NCBI GenBank assembly: GCA_036703105.1
Contig: DATNPU010000138.1
Coordinates: 1 to 37,883 of the forward strand
DNA: 37,883 bases
From: Microcoleaceae cyanobacterium
Lineage (GTDB): Bacteria > Cyanobacteriota > Cyanobacteriia > Leptolyngbyales > Leptolyngbyaceae
Reading direction: 5' to 3'
Shown here in pieces: positions 17,500 to 27,975 of this stretch (positions are counted from its first letter, which is position 1; the number at the start of each line of letters is the position of its first letter). The notes below the pieces were generated by a model. The model searched no databases. It was not told where the DNA came from and saw nothing but the letters and a program-made list of their open reading frames with translations. The position numbers and the translations under genes were made by a program.

Positions 17500-19629
17500 T
17501 CAATTTGGGACTGGAGCCTGATTACTCGTACCCTGTTGAGCTTGCTGCATTGCCTTCCAATTCGCGATCTGGGATTGCGCTTCACTATAAGCCGTTGAGC
17601 TAGATGGAATCCGTTGCGCGATCGCGATCGCCATTGCTGGACTATAAACCGCCTGGTTCTTCGCCGTTTGCAGTAACTGCCAACTCCAATCATTAATTAA
17701 AGCATCCGCATCCGCTCGACTGGGAGCATAACCAGACACTTGATTCGCAATCCGAATTGCTTCTGCCAACGCATCCACTGTTGCCCCACTCGCCACTTGT
17801 TGGGCTTGCTGAAGATACTGCTGCCCCTGGACTTGAGCCGCCTCAGCTTGGAGAGTTTTGCGCCAGTTCGCAATCTCCGATTGGGCATCGCTATACAAGG
17901 CTCGTCCAGAGCGAATTTGTTCCGCCGCCGCGATCGCCGCTGCTAAATTGCCTGCCAGCGCATACGCTCGGGCCTGATCCAGGAAAGGTTGATCCTGAAT
18001 CCGCTGAATTTGGTCATCCCACTGGCGAATTTTATCCTGAGCTTCCTGATACAGCGCCCGCCCCTTAACAATCTGGCTCGCCTGGGCAATCGCCAATTGC
18101 AAGGAATTAATATCGCCCTGAGCCGCATATTGGTCTGCCAAGTCTAGAATTGGCCGATCGCGGATCGTTTCCGCCTGCGATCGCCATTTCTGAATTTCCT
18201 GTTGAGCTTCATTCCATCGCGGATTAGACTCCTGGACTTCCGACGCCTTCGCGATCGCCGCTTCTAAATTCGTCACATCACCCTGGTCTGCCAACAACCG
18301 GGCATTCTCCAAGCGCGCTAACGCTTCAATTTCAAACTGCCACCGGGTAATTAACTGCTGGGCCCGCTGGTAATACGGACGTCCCGCCACAATTCGCTGA
18401 GCTTGCCCGATCGCTTCCTCCAAACCTGCCACTGTCCCCTGCCACACATGGGAATGCGCATTTGCCAAAATCGTAAAGTCCTTAGCCTCCTCTTCCAGCT
18501 TGGCTTCCTCCGGCAATTTCCCCACAATATCTAACGCCCGCTGGAGATCTTTTTGCTCTAAAGTCGCCTGAGCCAGATTCATCATCTTCCGCCCAAACCG
18601 CCCGATCGCCCGTTGCGCTTCCTGAAACACATAGCTTTCGGAACGAATTTGCCGCGCTAACTTAATCGCTTGCAGCAAATTCTCCAACCCGCCATCATCC
18701 GCTAACCGTTCCGCTTCATAGAGCCGCTCGCCATCTTTACGCGCCGTGTTGATTCGGTTCGTCAGGTCATCATAGCGAGTGGTTTGCCAATACTCACAAT
18801 CCAATGAGAGCAAGCGAATCGCTTGTAAAAAAGCTTGCCGCCATTCCCGTTTCCGCATGGCTGTCTCAGCCCGTCGGTAAATGTCCTCTCCTTTCGCCCA
18901 AATCGATTGCCACAGCTTAATCCGTTCCTCCACCAGCTTATAGGCGGTCACTTTGCTGGGGATTTGCCGTGCTGCCGCGATCGCATCATCCAGCTTGCCC
19001 TGATTAAACAGTTCTCCAGCTAGATCTAAAACATCCTGTGACCAAAGCTCGATCAAGCGATCGGCCTCCTGGCGCATTGGGTGATCCGCCGGTAGCCCAT
19101 CCACTAATTGAATCGCTTCCAACAAATCCTTCGCAGTTCGCTTACTGGATGCAATGCGGGCACACTCAAACCGCATAGATGCCGAAGCCAATGGCCAGAA
19201 GACAGCCGGACAATTGGGCAACCCTGGCAACTGGAAGAGATAAGCAACAGCCAAGGCCCCACTACCCACAGTTAATAAACCCGCCGCCACCAAGGCCATC
19301 TTCCAGTTAAACAACCGTCGTAACCACTGCCAATTTGCCCGAGATAATGTGGCAGGCACAGTGGAGTTAGAAGCTGCCGTATCCTGTAAAGCTTGCTGAG
19401 CGCGCGTCGTCGCCGATCGCTGTTTGAATTTGGCATAGGTCGCTGCCAATCGGGGGTTAGCCCTCGCCTGAGTACCGTTAGTTGCCCCATTTTGTAGCGG
19501 CACCGAATGGTTAACGGATTGCCCCGGAACAGTGCGAGCAGGAGTTTTTCCAGGTGAGCGATGCCGTTCCCGCATCTCTGATGATTTGCCGGAAGGCGAA
19601 CGGTCTGGAATTCGGCGATCGTTACTCAT
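17500..19629 (-). CDS. Conserved cyanobacterial membrane-anchored alpha-helical repeat protein (family often labelled 'chromosome segregation ATPase')
   Basis: Disordered N-terminus, one TM, LPNCPAVFWPLASASMR motif, then repeated L..A..LA..G...L..AI..A..I....Y..AQ..I..W units. No Walker A motif seen. Confidence 0.75.
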   Translation of the reverse strand: MSNDRRIPDRSPSGKSSEMRERHRSPGKTPARTVPGQSVNHSVPLQNGATNGTQARANPRLAATYAKFKQRSATTRAQQALQDTAASNSTVPATLSRANWQWLRRLFNWKMALVAAGLLTVGSGALAVAYLFQLPGLPNCPAVFWPLASASMRFECARIASSKRTAKDLLEAIQLVDGLPADHPMRQEADRLIELWSQDVLDLAGELFNQGKLDDAIAAARQIPSKVTAYKLVEERIKLWQSIWAKGEDIYRRAETAMRKREWRQAFLQAIRLLSLDCEYWQTTRYDDLTNRINTARKDGERLYEAERLADDGGLENLLQAIKLARQIRSESYVFQEAQRAIGRFGRKMMNLAQATLEQKDLQRALDIVGKLPEEAKLEEEAKDFTILANAHSHVWQGTVAGLEEAIGQAQRIVAGRPYYQRAQQLITRWQFEIEALARLENARLLADQGDVTNLEAAIAKASEVQESNPRWNEAQQEIQKWRSQAETIRDRPILDLADQYAAQGDINSLQLAIAQASQIVKGRALYQEAQDKIRQWDDQIQRIQDQPFLDQARAYALAGNLAAAIAAAEQIRSGRALYSDAQSEIANWRKTLQAEAAQVQGQQYLQQAQQVASGATVDALAEAIRIANQVSGYAPSRADADALINDWSWQLLQTAKNQAVYSPAMAIAIAQRIPSSSTAYSEAQSQIANWKAMQQAQQGTSNQAPVPN

Positions 19630-19836
19630 ACGCTAGGGACAACGGCAACCCCGTGTCAGTTCCTCAACCACACTCGATTTCTTGCTTCAGTCCAGCATTG
19701 TAGTTGGGATGCGTTGAATTTTGTCTTAACAAAAATCAACGATCGCAAGAAATCTAGTTGCCATCCTACTCTCCTAACTGGAAAAAGCCAACTTTAAATC
19801 GATCAGAGCGTCACCCGTTCTCATCCCTCCCGGCCT

Positions 19837-20730
19837 CTACTCCGCTCGAACTTCTGCCAACAGTTCTGCCAGATCCGCCTCACTAGCCCGATATACCGTA
19901 CTGCAAAAATCGCACGTGGCTTCGGCGCCCTTATCTTGCTCAATCATGTCTTCTAATTCGGCTGGACTAAATAGCTTCAGTGCTCCTAAAGCCCGTTCCC
20001 GCGAACAACCACAGTGGAACCGCACTAACTGCACTTCCGGCAAAATTTCTAGCCCCAGATCGCCCAAAATCTGTTCCAGCATTTCTGGCAAACTTTTTCC
20101 AGCCCGGAGCAAATTAGTAAAACTGGTCAGGGTAGCCAACCGCGACTCTAGTAATTCCACCAACGCTTCATCTCTCGCCGCTTTCGGCAACACTTGAATC
20201 AGCAAACCGCCAGCCGCCGTCACCCCTGTCGCATCCACAAACACCCCTAGAATCAGAGCGGAGGGAGTCTGCTCCGAGGTGACTAAATAATGGGTCAGAT
20301 CATCCCCAATTTCCCCAGACACCAATTCCACCGTACTGGAATAGGGATAGCCGTAGCCCACATCTCGGATCACATACAGATAGCCTTCATGACCAACCGC
20401 CCCACCCACATCTAACTTGCCATTTGCATTGGGCGGCAATTCCACATCTGGATTTTCCACATAACCGCGTACTGTTCCATCTAAGCGGGCATCCACCAGA
20501 ATGCCCCCCATTGGGCCGTTCCCTTTAATCCGAATATTCACCCGTGATTCCGCTCGTTTCATGCTAGAAGCAAGCAGCAATCCAGCCGACATTGTTCGTC
20601 CTAAAGCCGCCGTTGCCACATAGGACAGCTTATGTCGTTGTCTGGCGTCATCCGTCAACCGAGTTGTAATCACGCCAACCGCCCGGATGCCACCATTTGC
20701 CGCCGTTGCCCGAATGAGCTGGTCTGCCAT
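19837..20730 (-). CDS. hslO: Hsp33 redox-regulated molecular chaperone
   Basis: DQLIRATA, GEIGDDLTHYLVTSEQTPS, and the C-terminal CGC...CDFC zinc redox switch. Confidence 0.97.
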   Translation of the reverse strand: MADQLIRATAANGGIRAVGVITTRLTDDARQRHKLSYVATAALGRTMSAGLLLASSMKRAESRVNIRIKGNGPMGGILVDARLDGTVRGYVENPDVELPPNANGKLDVGGAVGHEGYLYVIRDVGYGYPYSSTVELVSGEIGDDLTHYLVTSEQTPSALILGVFVDATGVTAAGGLLIQVLPKAARDEALVELLESRLATLTSFTNLLRAGKSLPEMLEQILGDLGLEILPEVQLVRFHCGCSRERALGALKLFSPAELEDMIEQDKGAEATCDFCSTVYRASEADLAELLAEVRAE

Positions 20731-20796
20731 GAGAAACCCTTACATTTTGTTACATTGATCCCTATTCTAAGCCGTAGAGCCAGGGATTGTGGCAGC

Positions 20797-21300
20797 TTAC
20801 TCTACCGTCAGTTGTTCCTCTAACCAACCAATTTCGTCGCGTAAAACATCTAAGCAGCGATGCCATGCCAGAGCTTTATAGCGATCGCCAGACAACGGTT
20901 CTCGCTCCTGCTTTTCTAAGCGCAATTGGCAAGTCATTAACCGATGATTCAGCAACTTAACCCGTTCGGAGGGTTCCAAATGATTGAAAAAGAAGTATTT
21001 GATCATAAAGCGCGATCTCGAATTGACCCAGCTTTCATGGGGATGCTCTAACATCTGTTGTTTCCACAACTCGCGACCTGTCTCAGTGATGCTGTAAATC
21101 TTGCGGCTACATCCGGCCTCTCCAGGTGACTCAGACATCACCACGATCGCCCCCCGTTCCTCCAGACGTTTCAACAAGGGATAGATAGTACCGTAATTAA
21201 CACTAATACAACTACTCATAAACAGTTCTAACTGTTGTTTCAACCGATAGCCATGCAGAGGTTCCTGCTGGAGGAGGCCTAATGTTGCCAGTTCAAACAT
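20797..21300 (-). CDS. PadR-family transcriptional regulator
   Basis: LATLGLLQQEPLHGYRLKQ...GTIYPLLKRLEERG...RKIYSITETG; ATG at 21300 preferred over the upstream TTG. Confidence 0.93.
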   Translation of the reverse strand: MFELATLGLLQQEPLHGYRLKQQLELFMSSCISVNYGTIYPLLKRLEERGAIVVMSESPGEAGCSRKIYSITETGRELWKQQMLEHPHESWVNSRSRFMIKYFFFNHLEPSERVKLLNHRLMTCQLRLEKQEREPLSGDRYKALAWHRCLDVLRDEIGWLEEQLTVE

Positions 21301-21333
21301 GGATGGGGCTAGTGAATATTCTTTCAAGTAGAT

Positions 21334-21354
21334 TATATCAAACTGATATATCAG
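21334..21354. promoter_or_regulatory. Candidate PadR operator (overlapping palindromes)
   Basis: TATATCA-aac-TGATATA (21334-21350) overlaps CTGATATATCAG (21343-21354) in the divergent padR/RND intergenic region. Confidence 0.55.
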
Positions 21355-21589
21355 AGCATTGCATCGATTCTATGCTTCCTCTATCATGACAATGTAAAGC
21401 TTTATTGACTACGGTCTTGACGCTTAGCCTCCCCCTCAAGGCTTGAAACGAGTAGTGAAGTAGCTATCGATTTTGATTGTTTTCATGTTTGTTGTTTGCC
21501 CGCTTACGCTACCCCAATGCCACATCAAAATGTCTTGCAGTGTTGTTTGAGCAGGGAGTTGGCAAGCGGATTCAAGTCAGGAGCCATCC

Positions 21590-23023
21590 ATGTCCGAACC
21601 ATCTAAACGTCTGGCCGACGAATATCAACTCGAACCGTCTAAGTCGGTGGCGGTGCAAGAGCAGTCTGTCACTCCAGTCACCTCCTCTCATGCAGACTTG
21701 CCACGATCGCCAAGACGCTCCAAATCCCACCGGTGGCTGGCGATCGTGGGGCTGGTCTTGCTGACGTTAGGCATCGGATTTGGGTGGCGCTGGTGGCAAG
21801 CCAATTCGGCAGCGAAAGCTCCAGCCGGAGCGGCTCCAGGCGGTGGAGCACCAGCCATGCCTGTGCAGCTAGAAACGGCTAAGTTGGCAAGAATTCAGGA
21901 AACTTCCAATTTTGTGGGTTCATTAGAATCTCAAAGTTCGGTCGCGCTGAAGCCAGAAATTACCGGGCGGGTGAGCGAAATTTTGGTTCAGGCTGGCGAT
22001 CGCGTCACCACTGGCACCCCCGTAGTGCAATTGAAGCCAGATAAACGGCAGGCAGAAGTAGCCGGAGAACTGGCCCAAGTCACCTCTGCCCGAGCCAGCC
22101 GCAATAACGCTCAGTCTGAATTACAAGCACTGGAAGCGGAACGAGCCGCTAACGTGGCCGAAGTAGAATTACAAAATGAACAATATCGCCGGATCTCTGA
22201 ACTGGTGCGAGAAGGGGCATTATCACAGCAACAGTTAGATCAAGTGCAGCGCGATCGCAACCGAGCCGTCGCCTTACTGAATGCGATCAATAAACGGATT
22301 CAAGCCTCTCAGGCTAACTTAGCCCAAGCCGATGCGCAATTGAGAAGCGCTCAAGCCAACGCCAACTTGGCCTCCGAGCAATTACAGGACACTACGATCG
22401 TGGCTCCCTTTACTGGGACAGTCGGTGATATTCCGGTACGCCTGGGACAACTAGTAACGACTGATGACACCTTAACCAGCATTACCCAAAATCAATCGCT
22501 GGATCTGCGGCTACAAATTCCGATCGTCCGGGCTACCGATCTGCGCCCTGGGCTACGAGTGCAATTAACCAATAGTAAAGGGAATGTTCTCAGCACTGGC
22601 CAAATCAGTTTTATTGCCCCTAAAGTAGACACTCGCGCTCAAAGTGTGCTGGCCAAGGCCACATTCGACAATTCCCAAGGGCGGTTACGCGACGGACAAT
22701 TTGTCAGTGCCCGAGTCATTTGGCAAGAGCAACCAGGGATTTTAGTTCCATCTTCAGCGATTTCTCGCCTGGGTGGAGAAACCTTTGTATTTGTGGCTCA
22801 GGCCCCGGATGATACCTGTCAAGACCCTGCTCAAGGCGCACCTCCTGCTCATACAGCCTCCAGTTCACCACCCCCTTTGGTAGCTCGGCAACGATCTGTG
22901 AAGTTAGGTGACACCCTACAAGGCAACGCTTATCCAGTTCTACAAGGAATCAAACCTGGCGATCGCCTGATCGTATCTGGAGTGATGAACTTAGCCGACT
23001 GTGCCCCGATCGCGCCTCAGTAA
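21590..23023 (+). CDS. RND efflux periplasmic adaptor (membrane fusion protein)
   Basis: One TM, lipoyl halves (PEITGRVSEILVQAGDRV; IVAPFTGTVG), long coiled coil, GIKPGDRLIVSG. Confidence 0.95.
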   Translation: MSEPSKRLADEYQLEPSKSVAVQEQSVTPVTSSHADLPRSPRRSKSHRWLAIVGLVLLTLGIGFGWRWWQANSAAKAPAGAAPGGGAPAMPVQLETAKLARIQETSNFVGSLESQSSVALKPEITGRVSEILVQAGDRVTTGTPVVQLKPDKRQAEVAGELAQVTSARASRNNAQSELQALEAERAANVAEVELQNEQYRRISELVREGALSQQQLDQVQRDRNRAVALLNAINKRIQASQANLAQADAQLRSAQANANLASEQLQDTTIVAPFTGTVGDIPVRLGQLVTTDDTLTSITQNQSLDLRLQIPIVRATDLRPGLRVQLTNSKGNVLSTGQISFIAPKVDTRAQSVLAKATFDNSQGRLRDGQFVSARVIWQEQPGILVPSSAISRLGGETFVFVAQAPDDTCQDPAQGAPPAHTASSSPPPLVARQRSVKLGDTLQGNAYPVLQGIKPGDRLIVSGVMNLADCAPIAPQ

Positions 23024-23096
23024 ACCACAGGAAAACACCTTCCTCTACACCTCCCCTATCGCCCCAATCACCTGACCTCTACCCATCTTCTGCCTT

Positions 23097-26000
23097 ATGT
23101 TCGTCGATTTCTTCATCAGACGACCAGTTTTCTCCATTGTTTGTTCCCTAATCATTCTGCTGGTAGGAGCGATTTCTATTCCCTCCTTACCGGTTGACCA
23201 ATTTCCAGACATTAGCCCCATTCAGGTGAGTGTCACTTCTAACTACCCTGGTGCCAGTGCTGAAGTCGTGGAAAGTGCCGTAACCACCATTCTGGAGCGG
23301 CAGATCAACGGGGTGGAAGGACTGCGTTATCTCAGTTCTAGCAGTAGTAATGATGGCACTAGCACTATCACAGCCACCTTTGAAGCCGATCGCAATAAAG
23401 ACATTGCGGCGGTGGATGTGCAGAACCGGATTTCTTCGGTGACATCACAATTGCCAGAAACCGTGCAGCAAACCGGAGTGCGGGTGAGCAAGCAATCCAA
23501 TAACATCCTGTTGGGGATTGGTTTATATGGCGACAAGAATCAGTATAGTGATGTGTTTTTGAGCAACTATGCCGATCTCTATATTGCCGATGCGTTGAAA
23601 CGGGTTGAGGGGGTCAGTGATGTTCGCATTTTTGGTGAACGCCGTTATTCCATGCGGTTATGGCTCAATCCAGAACAATTAGCCAGCCGGAATTTAGTCG
23701 TTCAAGATGTGGTGAATGCCCTGCGTGAACAAAATATTCAGGTAGGGGCAGGACGCATCGGCCAATCTCCCACACCTAAAGATCAGTTGTATCAAATTGA
23801 TTTAAGGGCATTAGGACGACTCCAAAATCCCTCAGAATTTGAAAATATTACCATCCGTGAGGAGAACGGCACCTTAATCAAATTACGGGATGTCGGCCGG
23901 GCAGAACTGGGGGCGGAGAACTACAGTACATTTCTGCGATTCAGAGGCAAAACAGCCGTTGGATTAGGGATCTTCCCCACTCCAGGGAGTAATGCGATCG
24001 AGGTAGCAGAAGGCGTCAAAAAAGAAATCGAAACCCTCTCAAAATCCTTTCCGCCAGGATTAACGTACCAAATCGCCTTTGACACCACGCTGTATATTGA
24101 AGAGTCACTGGCAGAAGTCGAAAAAACCTTGATGGAAGCGATCATCCTGGTGGTGATCGTGATTTTCGTCTTTTTACAAGACTGGCGCACGACACTGATT
24201 CCAGCGATTACCATTCCATTGTCTCTGGTGGGCACCTTTGCCTTTGTTAAAGCCTTCAACTTTTCGATTAATAGCCTGACGCTGTTTGGCTTAACCTTGG
24301 CCACCGGGATGGTGGTCGATGATGCCATTATTGTGGTAGAAAATATCAGTCGCTACATCCAGGACAAAGGTATGCAGCCGATGCGAGCCGCTTCCGAGTC
24401 CATGCGGGAACTGACGAGCGCGGTTATTGCCACATCATTGGTGTTGATGGCTGTGTTTATCCCAGTCGCCTTCTTTCCCGGCACCACAGGAGCGCTGTAT
24501 AAGCAGTTTGCCTTAACGATCGCATTCTCGATCGGGATTTCCACCTTTTTAGCGTTGACCTTAACTCCCTCCTTATGTGCGTTGTTATTACGTCCGGGCC
24601 AACATCCGCCCCGCTGGATTGCCTGGTTCTTCAATCTGTTTAACCGGGGGCAGGATTGGGTTCGACGGGGTTACCAGCGATCGCTCAACTTCTTAGTCCG
24701 ATTTAAATCGGTCGTGATTGGACTGTTCATTGTATCGTTGGGTGCCACTGCATGGCTGTATATGCAAGTGCCACAGGCGTTTCTACCTGAGGAAGACCAG
24801 GGCTATTTCATTACCATTATTCAAGCCCCCGAAGGCGTATCTTTGAACTATACCGATCGGGTGATGTCAAAGGTTGAAAAGCTTCTGCTGGACGAGAAAG
24901 AATTTCCCGAGATCGTCGGCACATTTGCGGTTGGTGGATTTGGGTTTAGTGGCAGTACAGCCAATACAGCGGCGATTTTTACTACCCTTAAACCCTGGAA
25001 AGAACGCCGGGAGCCAGGTCAGTCGGCTCAGGCCCTGGTTGGTAAAGTCTTTAGTAAAGTTGGTAGCATTACCGATGCCCGAGTTTTAGCGGTCAATCCG
25101 CCTGCAATTCGAGGGTTAGGCAGTTTTGGGGGATTCCAATTCGAGCTTCAGGATCGCCGGGGGAATGCTGAGATTCAAGCCTTATTACAATCTGCCAACC
25201 AATTAATTCGCCAAGCCAATGCACCCGGCACAGGCTTACAACGAGTCTTCACGCAATTTGCGGCCAGTACCCCGCAGTTCGAGATTGATGTCAATCGGGA
25301 TTTAGCCAAATCCTTGGGAATTTCGGTCGATACAATTTTCACCACCCTCCAAACAGCGCTGGGTTCTCAATACGTCAATGATTTTAATTTAGGTCAACGC
25401 AGCTATCGGGTCTATGTCCAGGCCGACCAGCAATTCCGGGGCAATCCCAATGACATTGGCAGCTTGTATGTGCGATCGGCCCAAGGCGAAATGGTGCCCT
25501 TAAGCAATTTGGTGACCATCACACCGAAAACCGGGGCACAAACCATTAACCATTTCAATTTGTTCCGAGCGATCGAAATTTCTGGTAACCCGGCCCCTGG
25601 GATCAGTTCTGGGGATGCCATTCAAGCGATGCAACAGTTAGCGAATAAAGCCTTACCGTCTAGCTTTGGCTATGAATGGGCCGGAACAGCCCTGGAAGAA
25701 CTGCAATCTGGCGGCCTGGCCCCCCTGATCTTTGGCTTGGGCTTGGTATTTGTCTTTCTGGTGCTATCAGCTCAGTACGAGAATTTCGTTGATCCGTTGA
25801 TCATTATGCTGGCCGTACCGCTAGCTATCTTCGGTGCCCTGCTGGCTCAATCCCTGCGGGGACTCTCCAACGATGTCTACTGCCAGATTGGCTTGGTGAT
25901 GCTAATCGGTTTAGCCAGTAAAAATGCCATTCTGATTGTAGAATTTGCCAATCAACTCCGGGCTGAGGGCCTATCGACGACCAAAGCCGCGATCGAAGCC

Positions 26001-26225
26001 TCCCAAGAACGCTTACGTCCCATCTTAATGACGGCCTTTTCCACCCTATTAGGGATTTATCCCCTTACCGTTGCGACGGGAGCGGGTGCCAGTAGCCGAA
26101 TTTCTCTGGGCACAGCCGTTTTTGGTGGAATGTTCATCGCCACATTTTTGAGTTTGTTTGTTGTCCCCATGTTGTATATCGTGGTTACAGGGGTGCGCGA
26201 TCGCTTATTTCACAAACCAGAGTAG
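23097..26225 (+). CDS. RND efflux permease (AcrB/HAE1 family)
   Basis: FFIRRPVF, GMVVDDAIIVVEN, FLPEEDQG, GLASKNAILIVEFA and RLRPILMT; 1042 aa. Confidence 0.97.
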   Translation: MFVDFFIRRPVFSIVCSLIILLVGAISIPSLPVDQFPDISPIQVSVTSNYPGASAEVVESAVTTILERQINGVEGLRYLSSSSSNDGTSTITATFEADRNKDIAAVDVQNRISSVTSQLPETVQQTGVRVSKQSNNILLGIGLYGDKNQYSDVFLSNYADLYIADALKRVEGVSDVRIFGERRYSMRLWLNPEQLASRNLVVQDVVNALREQNIQVGAGRIGQSPTPKDQLYQIDLRALGRLQNPSEFENITIREENGTLIKLRDVGRAELGAENYSTFLRFRGKTAVGLGIFPTPGSNAIEVAEGVKKEIETLSKSFPPGLTYQIAFDTTLYIEESLAEVEKTLMEAIILVVIVIFVFLQDWRTTLIPAITIPLSLVGTFAFVKAFNFSINSLTLFGLTLATGMVVDDAIIVVENISRYIQDKGMQPMRAASESMRELTSAVIATSLVLMAVFIPVAFFPGTTGALYKQFALTIAFSIGISTFLALTLTPSLCALLLRPGQHPPRWIAWFFNLFNRGQDWVRRGYQRSLNFLVRFKSVVIGLFIVSLGATAWLYMQVPQAFLPEEDQGYFITIIQAPEGVSLNYTDRVMSKVEKLLLDEKEFPEIVGTFAVGGFGFSGSTANTAAIFTTLKPWKERREPGQSAQALVGKVFSKVGSITDARVLAVNPPAIRGLGSFGGFQFELQDRRGNAEIQALLQSANQLIRQANAPGTGLQRVFTQFAASTPQFEIDVNRDLAKSLGISVDTIFTTLQTALGSQYVNDFNLGQRSYRVYVQADQQFRGNPNDIGSLYVRSAQGEMVPLSNLVTITPKTGAQTINHFNLFRAIEISGNPAPGISSGDAIQAMQQLANKALPSSFGYEWAGTALEELQSGGLAPLIFGLGLVFVFLVLSAQYENFVDPLIIMLAVPLAIFGALLAQSLRGLSNDVYCQIGLVMLIGLASKNAILIVEFANQLRAEGLSTTKAAIEASQERLRPILMTAFSTLLGIYPLTVATGAGASSRISLGTAVFGGMFIATFLSLFVVPMLYIVVTGVRDRLFHKPE

Positions 26226-26268
26226 AATAGTGCCTCCACTGCACTCGTAAATTTGAGCAAGGCGACTT

Positions 26269-27540
26269 ATGAAGTTATGGCGCTTTGGACTATTACTTAG
26301 TCTCGGATTGAGTTTGGGGTTGAGCCACCAACCTGCCCAAGCTCAGTTAGCTGATTCTCAGGTTAATGCCTTAGTCGAGGCATTACGGCTAGCGGCCCCA
26401 CAAACGGGAAGTGGCGACGATGGTTATTACAGTGATTGGCAGGTCAAGCCAGATAACGTCACTCGCTGGTCAAAGTCCTGCCTAGGTAAGCCAGTCACTC
26501 CCAAGCAGTTTGAGGCCGATCAGGCCACAGCCCGAAAGGTCATTACCTGCGTCATGCGGGATGTACTGCGAGATGAGTATAAAGCCAGTGGCAATAATGA
26601 AGCCCTAGCGGTTCGCCGATCGGCAGCCTGGTGGATGACGGGTGATCCAACCAAGTATGACAGTAAGGATACGACCGCTTACACCCAGGTTGTCCTCAAC
26701 CTATACCAAAAACGCAAATCGACAGCGGCCGCGAGTAATCCAGCAACCAGTTCCACCGATAAACCAGACACAACCTCAACTCCTGATAATCCTAATAAGC
26801 CAGCATCCCCAAAACAAGGGACAGCCTACGATCGCTACATGAAAGCGGGATATGCTGCCACCGAGAAAAAGCAGCATCAAACGGCACTGCTGTACTTTAA
26901 ACGGGCACTGGATGAACGGCCCAGCGATACCTACGCTACCCAGGCGATTCGGAATGTAGAAGCGTATTTGCGGGGAGAAAAGCCCACCTCAACTCCGCCA
27001 TCCCAACCACCTGCACCCACGTCTACAACCCCCACCCCTACCACCCAAGCATCCACTACTCCCGTAGTCGCCACGGCCACAATTCCCGCCCCACTTACCC
27101 AGCAACAAGCTCTGGTCTTAATTAATCAATGGTTGCAAGCCAAAGCTCAAATTTTTGCACCCCCGTTTGACCAACAACAAGCGACTAACCTGACGACGGG
27201 AGAATTGTATGACGCCCTGATCAGACCTGATGGCGTATTAACCTGGTTAAAGACCAATCAGGCGTATTACCGTTATGGAGTGCAGACCGTAGACTCGATC
27301 GAGCGGTTTGCAGCCAATCAAAGTCGGGCCACGATCGAAGTCAAAATTACCGAAGACCGCACGTTATACCTGAAAGGCACGATCGCTCCCAAACAAACTG
27401 ATTTCTCGGCCCAACAGGTTCGCTACACCCTGGAATTAGTCAACGGCAGTTGGAAAATTGCCGACTACAAAACAGTTGATGGCTCTTTACTAGAGCGATC
27501 GGTACTGGCAGTGAATCCATCGGTGGGAGGGAATCCATGA
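26269..27540 (+). CDS. Secreted multidomain protein with a TPR-like helix pair, Pro/Thr linkers and a C-terminal DUF4101 (ARC6 IMS-like) domain
   Basis: Signal peptide ending PAQA; YMKAGYAATEKKQHQTALLYFKRALDERP; LINQWLQAKAQIFAPPFD...VRYTL...GSWKIADY. Confidence 0.75.
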   Translation: MKLWRFGLLLSLGLSLGLSHQPAQAQLADSQVNALVEALRLAAPQTGSGDDGYYSDWQVKPDNVTRWSKSCLGKPVTPKQFEADQATARKVITCVMRDVLRDEYKASGNNEALAVRRSAAWWMTGDPTKYDSKDTTAYTQVVLNLYQKRKSTAAASNPATSSTDKPDTTSTPDNPNKPASPKQGTAYDRYMKAGYAATEKKQHQTALLYFKRALDERPSDTYATQAIRNVEAYLRGEKPTSTPPSQPPAPTSTTPTPTTQASTTPVVATATIPAPLTQQQALVLINQWLQAKAQIFAPPFDQQQATNLTTGELYDALIRPDGVLTWLKTNQAYYRYGVQTVDSIERFAANQSRATIEVKITEDRTLYLKGTIAPKQTDFSAQQVRYTLELVNGSWKIADYKTVDGSLLERSVLAVNPSVGGNP

Positions 27541-27953
27541 AACGGCTAATTACAGGATTATCGATAACGATCGTAGTGGCATATACCCCGGCGGCAATCG
27601 CCGCAGAATGGGTCAATGTGGCTAAGAATTCCGTCGGCGATTCATTCTCGATCGATAAAAGTGCCATTCAGCGCAACGGCGATATTGTCCGCTATTGGGA
27701 ATTCCGCGAGTTTCCCCAGCCGAATAACGCCTTTCTTGAGGAAACAGTAGAACAGCCCGTACATGGAGTGGTAATTGGCTGGTCAGCCGACTGTACCAGT
27801 ATGGCTCAACGGTTGCGACAAGTAACCGCCTACGATAAGAATCGCAAATTGATTCAGCGCTTTACCTACGGGGATGCTGGTAGTTTGGTGCAGCCCAAGC
27901 CTGGCAGTAGTGCGTATACAGCCCTGAAGTATGTCTGTGAGTTTAAAGAGTAA
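27537..27953 (+). CDS. Secreted surface-adhesin E-like family protein
   Basis: Signal peptide, AEWVNV...FSIDKSAIQRNGDIVRYW, ADC...C pattern; ATGA overlap with the upstream gene. Confidence 0.7.
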   Translation: MKRLITGLSITIVVAYTPAAIAAEWVNVAKNSVGDSFSIDKSAIQRNGDIVRYWEFREFPQPNNAFLEETVEQPVHGVVIGWSADCTSMAQRLRQVTAYDKNRKLIQRFTYGDAGSLVQPKPGSSAYTALKYVCEFKE

Positions 27954-27975
27954 TCACTTGCTGGGTCTGTTTTAA

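Noticed and set aside
23030-23095. C-rich spacer between the RND adaptor and permease genes
   Set aside because: The low-complexity repeat is too degenerate to define a unit or structure.
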